From Enoplolaimus lenunculus (Eukaryota): a stretch of 64,000 bases of DNA. The position numbers and the translations under genes are program-made. The stretch covers positions 310,001 through 374,000 of the forward strand of contig JASANG010001329.1 of NCBI GenBank assembly GCA_030248215.1. Direction: 5' to 3'. Below the pieces are notes generated by a model. That model worked only from the letters and a program-made list of their open reading frames with translations, was not told the DNA's origin and ran no database searches. This document shows, piece by piece, positions 51,759-64,000 of the stretch (within the stretch, counting starts at the first letter, position 1; each line of letters starts with the position of its first letter).

Positions 51759-54700
51759 ACATTTGTGATCCGGAACGTTCCAGGGCAGATCACATGGGTT
51801 CCTCAATGAATCCTATGAAGGCATGAGCCTTACCAAACAAACTATCGCACTGCTATCTTAATTTGCCTGTTACCTACTCCTGAATTAGCCAAGCAAAAGC
51901 ATTTAAATCATTGTCAAGGTTTGTTTTGTTTTTAAACCTCTAAAATGGCAAAGCATATGGTGTTTTTCAGGGCCCAAACAAATCGGGTGAACGAAACACG
52001 TAGCCAAACAAACGTGTACCCTCTGGTATTTAAAATCTTCTTTACGAATAATGTTTTTGCTTTGAGTTATATTTTACGTAGCCAACGTTCATCAAGAACA
52101 AACGTCAAAGACACTGGCATATAAACGACAAAGTTTCGCTTGTATACCCACCATTGTTTTGATTTAGGCTTTAATGTGCGTTGTTGTGAGTTTTTAATAT
52201 ACACCGAATGGTAACAATTTGATTGCGTTTGTTTTAACATTTTAACCAATAGCAGTGTTTAGTTGGCCCTAAAGTTTAAAGTCTAATCTCAGTGTAAAAA
52301 AGTTAACTCAACGCAAACAATTAGTCTAAAGCCTAAACGCACTCTATTGCAATTCAGCGGTGAGACGAGGCGTCCCTAACAGCGACTTGGGCTACAATAA
52401 TTGCATGAAACCTCTGTTTTATTGCTGACGTAGAAATAATGCATGAGCATCTGCCCTTACGGACAATTTTCAAATGTAGACAGTTGCAATAAATACAACA
52501 ACAAAACATGTTTAACTTCGCAAACTACCAATGAAAAGGCCAGTAACTTTGAAATTTCTAATTTTTGTATTTTGTTTGGTTTGAGTCACAGCTTTTAGAT
52601 TAACCTTCTGTTTTAACTGTTCGTGAGATAAAGCACAAACTGTGGGAAATTCATTGAATTTTCGGCATGGTAAAAGATATGTATTGAAAGGCCATCAATT
52701 TTGTAATTAATAGTATTGGAGGGCGCTCTTGTAGCCTGTTTTAAGCATCTCGAGCCAGTTTATTTTACCAACTTTATTTTTTTTGTTTCCGAAAATTATA
52801 GTTTCAATTATCGTAAATTTAAACAACACCAGTTCAAGCCTCGGTGTCAATTTAAATTTCTACTTAAATAACAATTAAGTAAACGCGAAAAATGGTAGCA
52901 ATATGAGTTGAAACCCTCAAAACGTAAGAGAAACGGTTTTAACGCTTCAACGTCAATCCCACGCCGTTGAATGACTTTGAACTGTTTCGAAAAAACCAAA
53001 CTGAGTCGAAAACTTAATGATGCATGCATTGCTTGATAAACTAAATAAATGATTACTGTGGCTATAGCTACGCTGTTATTTGCAATACCTACACCAACCA
53101 GCATAAATGTTAAAACTCTGGTGTCGTACCGCATTGGACCGGCACTTTGAAGCTACCGTCGCAAACAAACACAATACTATTTGCCCTTGACACAACAGAA
53201 ATGTTGCATACACTTAGCTTTTCATTTACTTAATATATACCGTCAAATTTATAAGAACTATAGTTGAATGATCGATAAAATAAAAATAATGAAACAGCAT
53301 GAAAGAAAGTGAGCATGGGTTTCATTGCGGCTGGAGAGTAGAATATACTCGAAAAAAGTATTTGAACCGTGGGCCCCTTAAAAAGATCAGGGGCGGAACG
53401 TTTTTCTGAAACACTGCAATACAGCAAGCTTAAGCTTTTTAGAATATGTCTTTTGCTTATTCATTGGTTTAGGTTTTATCTTAGGCTTAGGTTTTTGTCT
53501 TAGGCTTATGTATCAGCTCATTCTTACGCTTAGGCTTTCGCTTCGGCTTAAGAATATGCTTACACGGCAGTATTCTATATCTATACGTCAGCCCAAGTCT
53601 ACTACTGCTCCGGGGTACAGTCATGTCATAAAATTTAGTTTATTAAGTATAAATACCGTTCGCAACCTGTGAATTTATTTTAAATAAACATTGCGAGCAA
53701 TATCCACTGTAACTGTTTTTTGGTGATCATTAATCGTAATTAATACTCGTACGCTGTGCCCCAGATTAAACGTATTTATGTATCCAATTCTTGATTTACA
53801 CATAAAAACCATATTAAAATTCAAATTGAAAATTTCATCATAACATTCAACTATAAAATACTCCGCAAATGTTACTTTGAGAGGTAGCTAATGCGTCAGC
53901 GTAAAATGAGCCTCTAACCAAGTGTCAATCTAAGCCCACGATTAAGCCTAAGCAAAAAATTTGTCTTAAACTTAAACTTACTCTATTTATACTCACCGCT
54001 GAAAAAAATGGCTCGCCCCTTAAAGTAACATCGGTCAAAAGCTGTGATGCTTTGAATTGCAATTCAGCGCTGTAAAATTTTCACATCTGGCGGAGTGGCG
54101 GATTCACGTAATGCACAATATGATATATTTAAATGCTTTTTAAGATATATTTTTGCTAAATTAAAACTTTCCACTTTTTGTTTTTGAAATTTTGATTTAC
54201 AGAAACAGTAGAATTAAACGTTGTTGCCAAAATTTCGAACCAAGTTTACCGTTTAATGCTCAAGACTTGGTAATGGATGGGATAAAAGTAGCGTAAGTTG
54301 ATGCAAGCCAGCATGAAACATTTTGAATCGTGTTAAACATGCAACTCTCATGCAAGTGACTTCTGCAATTGCGGTCCTGTAGGGTGCAATCGGAGGTGAA
54401 AAATACAGGAGCCGGGGGTCAACAAAACTTGCCGGAGCTGCAGCCTGATGTGAAGCCGGAGGTGAGACGAAATGTTTAATTTGCAAATTTTAGTAAATAT
54501 CTGTATGGTGCTCTTTTAAATTTTTTGGTTTTATCCATCTTTTTTACGAAATCTCGGCAAGTTTTTCTCAAAATTGTAGCAAAAGTTCAAACAAACACAC
54601 TAAACAAATAAATTTTGTAAAACTATGCAAAATTTTACTACCAAAATTGCCGGAACCACCAGCAGAGATTCTACTTGAGCCGGAGGTCGATTTTCTGCTG

Positions 54701-54912
54701 GATCCGGAAGTGCGCCTCTTGTTGTACTTTGGCGTCCAACTTAAAAAGTTCAATTGAAAAACGTTTCGTATTTCCAGAAAGTTAGCGTGTATTAGCTAAT
54801 CAAACTAGGCGCTTATCCTTTATACGCGAATATTGAATACGACGCCAATTTAACATTAATATAACATATTATGTAAATTTAATTTTACTGAATAAATTTT
54901 TCTTGATCCAAT

Positions 54913-57900
54913 ATGGCTCAAATTTCGCAAATTGCCGTAACGCTCATTGGTGGCCCGCCTTGGGGGTTTCAATTGTGTGCGAGAAGAGACCATACGCTGT
55001 ATATTTCGCACGTGAGTATTGCAAAAACCGCATTTTAAAACAGTATTAATAAAATGTTCACGTTTGGTTAATAATTATGTGGTGGTAAAGAACCAATTTG
55101 TAAGAACAAAAAAGTTGCGAAGACTTTACCTAGGAATACCAGTAACCAATGGTTACAGAACGAGATATAAAATATAGTAAAAGCTGATTTTTGAAACCTG
55201 ACAAAGGCAAAAAATTGATGGTTTTAGCGGAACATCATACGGAACATATTGTGCAAACGACGAAATTAGTTACAAAACCAACTGTAGAGGATTCGAATAC
55301 GCTGAATATATGCCTGAGCGTAAACATGGACATCGGACTAAACCCTAACCAATATTATTACATTTTCCTTCTTTGCGATGCTAAGTCAAATCATATATCT
55401 TGCCTTGAAAAAACGGACACCCTAATGGTGGCGCTATACCTGTCATACGGTGCCGTCCATCACCGTCGCTCACCATATGGTATCGTACGAGAGTAGTTAG
55501 CGTATGATAGTGTACGATGCGGGACGGCGCCGGACTGAGACGAGCGATGCTAGACAACGCTGGACTATATAGACGGCAGCGGACGGTAAAACGGACGGCG
55601 CCAGACGGCATCAAACGCACAGCGCTACCGCTACCCTTAAAAGTAACACTGGCCATGTTTGCCTACTTGTGTCTAACCATACGTCTATAAATCTTCATTG
55701 ATACCAAATTGTTTAGGTTACTTCTGGCAGCCGAGCAGATAAACAAGGCTTGACTGAAAACGATACAATTGTACGCGTCAACGGTGTGACTGCGTCGTCT
55801 GCACGACCTGCTGAATTGCTTAGGATGCTTAAAAAAGCAAACGGAATTTTACGACTAACATTATTGAGGTAAAAAAGAGTTTTTGTTAACTGTTGACGTT
55901 ACGCTTTTTTTACTTTAAGTCTTTGTTGTTGTTATTTATACTTCGGTTTATTTAGAACTATTTTTTTGCTGCAATCAGGCCGTAAAATGCATGAACATCA
56001 TATCGACATTAGTGTGGAAATAGATTTGAAATTGCAGATAAGCATGGTGTAAACTGATAGTAATATCGTAAACAAGAACCGGAAATGAATTAGACTGAAT
56101 TTATATTTTTTGTTAACCGGAATATATTTGTTTAACCTTTCATTTATAACGAGATTGGAAATTAATACAGAGACGTAAGTGGGGCGCAGTGACCCATATG
56201 GCGCGGTGGAGCCGCGTGAGAATGGTCGCCATACTGTGCCAAAAATAGGGCAAAAACGGAATGCTAACATTCTCTCGGTTTAGAAATTTTCAGCTAAGAA
56301 GAAAGCTGGAAAAGTTTCCAGCAGGACGAATATGTAATATTTTTATGGTCCATTGAACTTTTCTGGTCCGCCTTGTGTGAACTTAGGTGTAAAACTGTAC
56401 AAGCAAACGTTGCAATACGATAGACAAATTACAGTATAAAAAGTATGCAAAACAACGTAACAAAATCGCTGAAATGCTGTTATATTTTTATGCTATATTA
56501 TTGCCATATTCGCAGGGTACGTGTAACACGGTTTTCCCGCGGTGCCAATTATGGAGGCACATTGTGACGGCTTGAAAAAATCTCTCGTAGGGCGGAGAGT
56601 AATTTTGTGGCCGGCAGACCTCTCCATTTTCATCTCTGCATGAACGCGTACCTATAAACATTTTTTGTGTTGCCGAAATTCGCAGCCCAGGTTTCAAGTC
56701 AACTTAATACTGGAACTTATTTTTGGTGTCCTGTATTTTGATTTAAAACGCCAAAAAGTGCCAATACGGATTTGAAAAAATTTACGATTCTCTAAAATTG
56801 GTCATCGTAAGCCTGTTTCCACACGAGGTCTTAATTTTAAACATTTATTCTCGCTTTCAGAATGAATAATTCAACTAAAGTTGAAAATTGTCAGTCAAAC
56901 GTCGGAATAGAATCCAGTAGTCGTAGCGAATCGTTGGATGAACTTAGTGGAGCAGACCGTGATTTTTTTACTCTTAACCCGAGTCGCCCATCAACTGCTT
57001 GTGGGTCGCTTACATTTAAACATCAAGGTAAGCTATAAATATATTTAGGGTTGGATCGTTCTACGTTGCCGCGTCTTTATAGTTTGTAGGAATACGGCAT
57101 AATTGCTGGTTTGCTGAATTACAAAATATTCACTTAACTTGAGCACGCCTTTAGAAATGATAAATTAGCTACGTAATTACTTGGCGAATACCTAAGTTTC
57201 AACTTATACAGTAAGTAGGGTTTCAGAAACCCAGCCAATATCGTGTAGCTTAACATTTCAAAAGTGAGATCATTTAGGTACAGTATATCAATCTGTAACG
57301 CTGGAAATCGACGGTTTTATATAATAGCCCCAACTCCAATGTTTACGACGTGCCGAAATGCAAAATTTACGCCTCTTATATGTGAAGGTATACACTTTTA
57401 TAGTGTAAAAGGTTCAAAATAATTTTTAGCAGAGCTAACTTTGATGTTGCCTTATGAAGCAGCATACCCAGGTAAACCGGTATACAACCTACGTTTAAGT
57501 TCACTGCTCCCTCTATGCTACTACGCAAGCACTGAATGTCATTTGTGGACAACTCAGTTTTGCAAGAGGGTGTGTCCCGTCACCGTGCAAAATACTCTCC
57601 ACATATTCAATAATTCTTGTACCCCCTAATTAGGATTAAGAAAGTACAAAGCTCATTGATACTCGTAAAACAAACACAGACATATGTGGCAAAACCACTC
57701 ATGGTACTTGACACAAGTGATCCACAACTTGAAAAAAAACAGTTCAGAGCACTGGCAACCACAAGCATCATAACTCTCCTGTAATTCAATAAATATAGCA
57801 TACAAGTGGCCTAAATCAGCTTCTGTTATACACTTAGAATACCACAAAAACGCTGATATTTAAACATTTTGCATTTTTCAACACGTTTGCAAAATTTAAG

Positions 57901-60900
57901 ACACGTTTCATTTCAACCAATTTTTGTGTAACAAAAATTTTAGCCAAAATTTAATACCGAGTGTTTCAATAGTCTCTCTAAACTACTAGCTGATCAGGGC
58001 ACTGACGCACGACTTGACTGAACATAGAGTCACTTAAAAACCAGTGCTTGCAGAAATTAAATCCTTGTTCTCGCTTGAAATCAGGTTGGCTTGTCCCATG
58101 GAGCAATTCCACAATCTCCCCCATTGCAGTAAACGCCAAAGTAACGTCACACAACACAGTTAAACCGCTCCGTAAGTTACTACACAGGTGACGTTATAAT
58201 ATAGAACAATGCATTTAGAATTCTGGTATAAGTTTTGTAAAACTTCACATCATCTTAATTGCTATTTCACAATTAATTTACACAAGGGTAGTCAAAAGCT
58301 GTCGGTTCGGAAACCAGTATAGCTAGGTTATTTATCGAATACACGTTTCAAAGCTGTCGATTCGGAAACCAGTATAGCTAGGTTATTTATCGAATACACG
58401 TTTCAAAGTATCGCGATGCTACAAAATTTATAAACTGTTAGATTTGCCGACGAAACGAAACATTTTAATGGGTGATGGAAAAAACTGTTCATTTGTTCAA
58501 ACCAAGAACGTTATATTGACCATTTTACAAATTAAATTGTCTGGCTAGAAATATTACAAACCTCTGAGTAAAATTAGCTACCTTCAGTTGACAGTCATTG
58601 TACAATCACTCAAAACATGTGCTTGCAAAGATGAGACAGTTAAAATGTAACCAGTCATCTCAGATCTACAATATAGATCAGAAAACGTCGTACAAAATAC
58701 AAGGTCAAACACATGTAGTAGAATTTTTTCGGCACCAGACAACACACGGTTTGCCGCACTGTACAACAAATCAGAAAAGCTCGAGTTGAACTTATTTAAA
58801 AATACTAGTTACTTAATACCCATGAACTTAGATTTTAGCACACAACAAAGGCTAGAATAGAAGCGAAATTAAAACATAAAGCACAGTGTTTAACAATTAC
58901 TACGATAATGGCAGTGCAGATTCTGCCCTCGCTTGAAAATAGAAATCAGATGAAATAGATAATACTCGTATGAGAAAGGGTTAAAAGCATACAAAAAATG
59001 TTGTAGGTAGTTAGCTAAGTTCGGTTTTACTTGTTTGTCAATTATTTATTTATAGGATTCAAATCGTCAGATCGACCAGCGTTTAAAATTTCACAGTCAA
59101 CATCTGATGTCAGTTATCTTGAACCTATTCCAGAATACAGCGTAAATGATAAGAATGACAAAAAGATAATTAATATTTCTAGTACAGGTAAGCGTGGTCA
59201 AGTTACAAACATACTAACTTAAAGGTAACGATATAGTCTTGACTATTTTAGTGCCATTTGGAACTTTTTTTGCTTTAGGTTTTCGCTTAGGCTTAGAAAC
59301 ATGCTTATACTACTGTTCCGGCCTTGTTCGATACTGTAGTGACCCGAATAAGAGGGGGCTGATATATATGGCCTCTCCAGAGGGCATCCCCTTGTTATTC
59401 GGTCACGGACGGTTATTTATTTTTAACCCGCTCTACGCGCCGCCCTTCGTTTACTAATATGTATCGGGTATTGCAACTATCCATTGAATTGTGTATTTGC
59501 CTTGTATCAAAAGCTCTTGCGCCATAACACAAAGATATACTTAGGAATGTACTTTCAAAACTTAAGTTTGCTTTGAAGTTTCGAACTCAACTTTATTTGG
59601 ACCTGGAATCATTTATGCGCTACAATCAAGAAAAATTGACATTTATGGACTCTAATAAGGGTTTAGGGACTCTATCCGCTTACGGACTCTTATTAGGGAT
59701 ACAGACTCCAGTCCATGTATTCAACAAGAACTCAACTTTATTTGGTCCTGGAATCATTTATGCTCTACATTCAAGAATAATTGACATTTATGGACTCTAA
59801 TAAGGGTTTAGGGACTCTATCCGCTTACGGACTCTTATTAGGGATACAGACTCCAGCCCATATATTCAACAAGGCCGGAACAGTAGTATAAGCGTAATTT
59901 AAGGCTAAGCCTAAGCGTAAGCTTATGCATAAGGATGAGTCTATTCCTAAGCCTAAACCTTAGCCTAAGCCTAAGCCTGAACCTAAGCCTAAGCAAAAAA
60001 TTTAGTCTAAAGCTAAAACTGACTCTATTACAGCATCTTCGGAAAATTATTTAGCCCTGTTCTATACATGGTCTCAGACTCCTATTGACTGGGACTCAAA
60101 ATGCCCGCCTTCTTATTACCCCACCCCTTCTTATTACCCCCTCTTATTCGGGTCACTACAGTTATTACTTTATGTCCTAATAAATACTGCCGCGTGCGGT
60201 TTCTTTTTATATACCGTACGTACTTTAAAGTGTATAGAAGCGCCCTCATTTAAAGATAAAGCTAAGATTTCATTTCGGGAGGGAACAATTTCACGTAACC
60301 GCTCCTTACGAACGATCGTATCGAGCGACAAAATTGTTTAAACCTATAGGATTCGGAATGTTATTACAAAAACACTTGTGCTATTTTCATGTCTTTACAG
60401 AAACGTCGAGGTTAATATACCCATATTCACTCTGCTTGTAAACGCACCTGCCTTGTGTTTAATACTTTGAAAAATATACTCACAAAAATCAACGAAGAAT
60501 TTAAAGCTTTTCTTCAAACAAATTAACTCTAACTTTAAATTTGTGACTTTTATATATCGACGTTCTTGAATAGAAACAAAGTAGAATCGAAACGTCGCTG
60601 CAAGAAAATATCGAACATTTGAGGCAATTTTTTATAGTTTTTTTAAAGAATTGTGTTTTGTTTGACTTTAGCGACGTGAGTTTTCTGGGTCGTTTTCAAT
60701 TATGAACATGAAATTTTCCACGCCACAAAAGTCATGTTTAAACAATTATATGCTAGAAAAATCTCTCTTATCACCTTCGACTTACGAGTCCTAATTCTAG
60801 GGACAGTGGTGATGAACTTTAATCCGTTAAAGAGCGTTAAATTATTACAATTACTTATTTCCGAGCACTGTGGTTCATTATTTAACTTGTTTTTAAGTAG

Positions 60901-63330
60901 ACTTAATATGAACTAAATTTTTTAGCAGTTATTACACATCATACAGTAGTTTTAAAGCTTTTAATTTTATTGTGATAGCTGGTGAACGCTATGTGTTGCG
61001 CTATACGTTTGATGACGTCCGGCGCTGTCCGTCACCGTCCGTCACCGCCGTTCCGTCACCCGTACGGCGCCGTCCATCACGGTGCGTTGCGGTGCGGTAT
61101 CGTATGTGAATTACTCAACTACCATTCACTATGGTGATGTATGATGACGGACACACCGTACGGTGACGGATGGTGCCGTGCGGGTGCTGGGCGGCGCCGT
61201 GCGGGTGATGGACGGCGCCGTACGGGTGATGGACGACGCCGTACGGGTGGCGGACAGCGCCGTATTGGTGATGGACGGCGCCGTACGGGTGATGGACGGC
61301 GCCGTACGGGTGATGGACGGCGCCGTACGGTGACGGATGGTGCCGTGCGGGTGCTGGGCGGCGCCGTGCGGGTGATGGACGGCGCCGTACGGGTGATGGA
61401 CGACGCCGTACGGGTGGCGGACAGCGCCGTATTGGTGATGGACGGCGCCGTACGGGTGATGGACGGCGCCGTACGTGTGATGGACGGCGCCGTACGAATG
61501 ATGGACGGCGCCGTACGGGTGATGGACGGCGCCTTGCGGGTGGTCGACGGCGCCGTGCGGGTGGTAGACGGCGCCGTACAAGTGATGGACGGCGCCGTAC
61601 GGGTGATGGACGGCGCCGTGCGGGTAACGACGGCACCGTACGGTGACCGGTGGCGTCGTACGGGTGACGAACGGCGCCGTATGAGTGGCAGACCGCGCCG
61701 TACCGGTGACAAACCGCGACGTACGATAAGCATAGCGCAACCTATACCGTATAAAAAGTTACACAATTATTGTTTAACTTTGAAGCACATTTCTAAATTA
61801 TCAATTTAGTATAGTCTTTAATTTTCAGCGTCAACCATTTCGAATCTGCAACGCAATAATGACGTAAACATGAGGTTAGTTTTTGCACAACCTATGACAT
61901 TCAAAAGTAACTATAGAGTATCTTTCGCCCATGTCAAGAAAAGGTCCCAGCCGATTGGAGCCACTGGCACTTGGAGACAGCGAAGCTTTTGCTTTGGTTC
62001 AAGCTTATTGTTAGGTTTGAGTTTTGTTTTCGGCTTTACCCCTACGTGCGTCTTATTAGCTCACTTGACAGCCGAATAATATTTGTTTAAAAAGGGTTAC
62101 GTTTTATGTAAATTTCGAAGACAGTTGGTTGCGTTACTAAACTTGATATGTTTATAAGTATATCTGGACAATAGTCACGAAAGATGACCACCCCTTTAGT
62201 ACTGCTTGGTTAACCTGCCTCGCTGCAAGTTCACAAAATTAGGGCTAATTTTTAATGGATTTAAATTAGGAAAATTTGCGAAAATTAAAAATACTTATGC
62301 AAAATCCACAATAAGGTGCGTGCAAGGCGTGGAAATACAACTTTAGTATTTCGAGAACACTTTTAAGGTCAAAATAGAAGACGGTAATTGATTTCAGAAA
62401 TTGTGGTATATGGAAACGTTGTTTTAAAATTTTCGAGTAAACAGTAAATTGAAATTAAAACTAAAAATTTTAAAATTCAATTTCTGATTAACAATATAAA
62501 ATTTCGGTTACGAAGGGAAATTGATTTTACAAATTTTGAGGTAATGGTAATTTAATTTTGCAATTTCAGAGTGTAACCGTTTCAGAAAAGCCCTTATCGA
62601 GCTATCTGGGAATTGAATACGAAAATTACTAAAACTAAATTCAGTTTCCCTCTATGGTGCATTAATGAACCTTTTAAGCGCTGAAGATCAAAGAGATTTG
62701 TTCAACGGTGGGCGGAAAAGTAGACCATGGCCTGCTGATGGCACTTGTAAAATGTCTGAAGCTAATATGAAAGGTTCACCACAAAGTAAGCAAGCTTCTA
62801 TTGTAAAGTGATTGCTTTGCAACCCATACTCATCAGCTCAACGTAGGGTGAAAAACTGCACAATTTGTGGGGAGGTTACGAGAATTTTATATAAAACATT
62901 TCTGGGCAAAACAAGGGTTCTATAATTTGCTGAGCCTGAGCCAGACAAACCATTAATATTTTAATATTTCAGAATGTTGCGTTTAATGCTAGAATAAGGT
63001 TTGATACTAACCCCATAATTATGATAAAATCATTCATCCTAATGTTTAGTACGAGGGCAGTTTTAAAAATTACATAGAACGTGCAAGTATATAATGAAAG
63101 AACATTTTTCACAAAGGAAACCTGCCATTTGTCTTCCAAAATATTCAAAATTACAAGTAAATTTATCATTTTTACGCCAAGTTCGTTAAAAGTTTCATTA
63201 CAAACGACGTATTTTATTGCTAAGCAAAAACAACCTTTACCATTCACTATAATTTCAGAATCTGCGTCTGACTCAAATTCGAACACTACTTGGTCGCATA
63301 ATCGCACGGTTTCATTGTCGAATAGAAAAG
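54913..63330 (+). CDS. N-terminal PDZ-domain protein (ALP/Enigma-synaptopodin-2-Shroom-type PDZ), multi-exon, probably continuing past the window end
   Basis: Exons 54913-55011 (MAQISQIAVTLIGGPPWGFQLCARRDHTLYISH) and 55717-55868 (VTSGSRADKQGLTENDTIVRVNG...LKKANGILRLTLLR) form a PDZ domain. Further phase-consistent exons: 56861-57027, (57328-57387, 57430-57471), 59056-59187, (60238-60294), 61829-61874, 62679-62785, 63259-63330, and possibly 63964 onward. Bracketed exons are less certain. Confidence 0.75.
58295..58408 (+). repeat. 55-bp tandem duplication
   Basis: AAAGCTGTCG.TTCGGAAACCAGTATAGCTAGGTTATTTATCGAATACACGTTTC occurs twice. Confidence 0.9.
59334..60161. mobile_element. TA-flanked CTGTAGTGACCCG MITE containing a nested telomeric MITE (59855-60074) and a 145-bp tandem duplication
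   Basis: Outer TIRs CTGTAGTGACCCGAATAAGAGG / CCTCTTATTCGGGTCACTACAG. The inner MITE has perfect TSD CAGACTCC (59847-59854, 60075-60082). Duplication units are 59584-59728 and 59729-59873. Confidence 0.85.
60993..61743. mobile_element. Harbinger-like MITE enclosing an expanded minisatellite
   Basis: GTGTTGCGCTATAC ... CATAGCGCAACC, with the same GTATCGTA..TGAATTACTCA core as the 21.7-kb copy. Confidence 0.7.
61156..61720. repeat. 21-bp GC-rich minisatellite (GACGGCGCCGTACGGGTGATG) with a 167-bp higher-order duplication
   Basis: Read directly from the sequence. The variant block CCGTACGGTGACGGATGGTGCCGTGCGGGTGCTGG starts at both 61156 and 61323. Confidence 0.92.
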
Positions 63331-64000
63331 GTAACCAGTAGTTCCGATGCAGGCTATGGTGGTCCCTCAAAATTCCGGGGTGGGGAACCTTTGCTATGAC
63401 CAAAATATTTTTCAATTTCTTACTTTAAAATCTTGTTAGGGTGAGGACCTCTACTTGGGGTGTCACCAAATGGGGTATGGGAGGTGACAGCTCTGACCCG
63501 GGTAAACAGTACCAAAAAGCGTTCAAATTTAGCAATCTTGTTCGAAATATCCTAAGATAACCTAAATCAGTCACGCTGAGCAGTTAATTGCTTTCAGTTA
63601 AAAATTACTTCTACTGTGGAATAGGATTTTATTACCGTTAACTTTGGAAATAGTCAGAAACGTTTCAACACAGCCTCTTTGATAATATAACTAACATATT
63701 TGGTTATTGGACAAAACAAATATTGCTTGCTTAACTTAAATTAGTGTTTTTTGATTTTATTATTACATTTATTATTTTAACTTTCCTGAGTATTGCAACA
63801 GTTTGAACCGCTTATGGCTCGTATACCGGTTGAATTTACCGAGTAAAATAATATTAAGTAGAAAAGGAGTGTATTAGGAGTTTTTCAGATGCAAATTGAA
63901 CGTTTTTGATATCAGAAACTCATCATTTTCAACGAGGTTATGATTAGCGGATTCTTTTTCCAGTAAAATGTGTGTTGGCTCGTTTGGAGAGGGGCCTCTT

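Noticed and set aside
49878..53154. Possible minus-strand exons (Cys-rich ..NRCERTC.. at 49.9-50.1 kb; TM-like VLTFMLVGVGIANNSVAIATV at 53.0-53.1 kb)
   Set aside because: No convincing acceptor/donor chain or motif match by eye; needs transcript data.
61115..61809. 173-222 aa repetitive ORFs (VMDGAVR, HHPYGAV)
   Set aside because: These come from a 21-bp minisatellite within a MITE in an intron, open in several frames on both strands.

Overview
This is eukaryotic DNA, very probably from a nematode: TTAGGC telomeric hexamers, TTTCAG splice acceptors, GT-AG introns and an AT-rich background. Most entries in the ORF track are spurious. Manual splicing recovers these genes: (1) the 3' exons of an unknown + strand gene, whose terminal exon is duplicated (0.5-3.2 kb); (2) a stum/SPEC3-family membrane protein gene (16203-21215), with a chain of small in-frame exons upstream (9.8-15.0 kb) that may encode an alternative long N-terminus; (3) a decayed proteasome beta-2 (pbs-2/PSMB7-like) fragment between 40-bp inverted repeats inside a stum intron; (4) a complete 5-exon long-chain acyl-CoA synthetase (34245-38361, 717 aa); (5) a small secreted Cys-rich protein on the minus strand (42.4-44.1 kb); (6) a multi-exon N-terminal-PDZ gene that starts at 54913 and probably runs off the window. 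Introns and intergenic DNA are full of MITEs with signatures of several DNA-transposon superfamilies, and no transposase is visible. The most striking family is roughly 20 short GG...CC TIR elements with 8-bp target duplications (Merlin-like) whose cargo is telomeric TTAGGC repeat. A Harbinger-like MITE family hosts both of the window's GC-rich minisatellites. All exon structures come from reading splice signals and frames by eye; none was checked against transcripts or databases.
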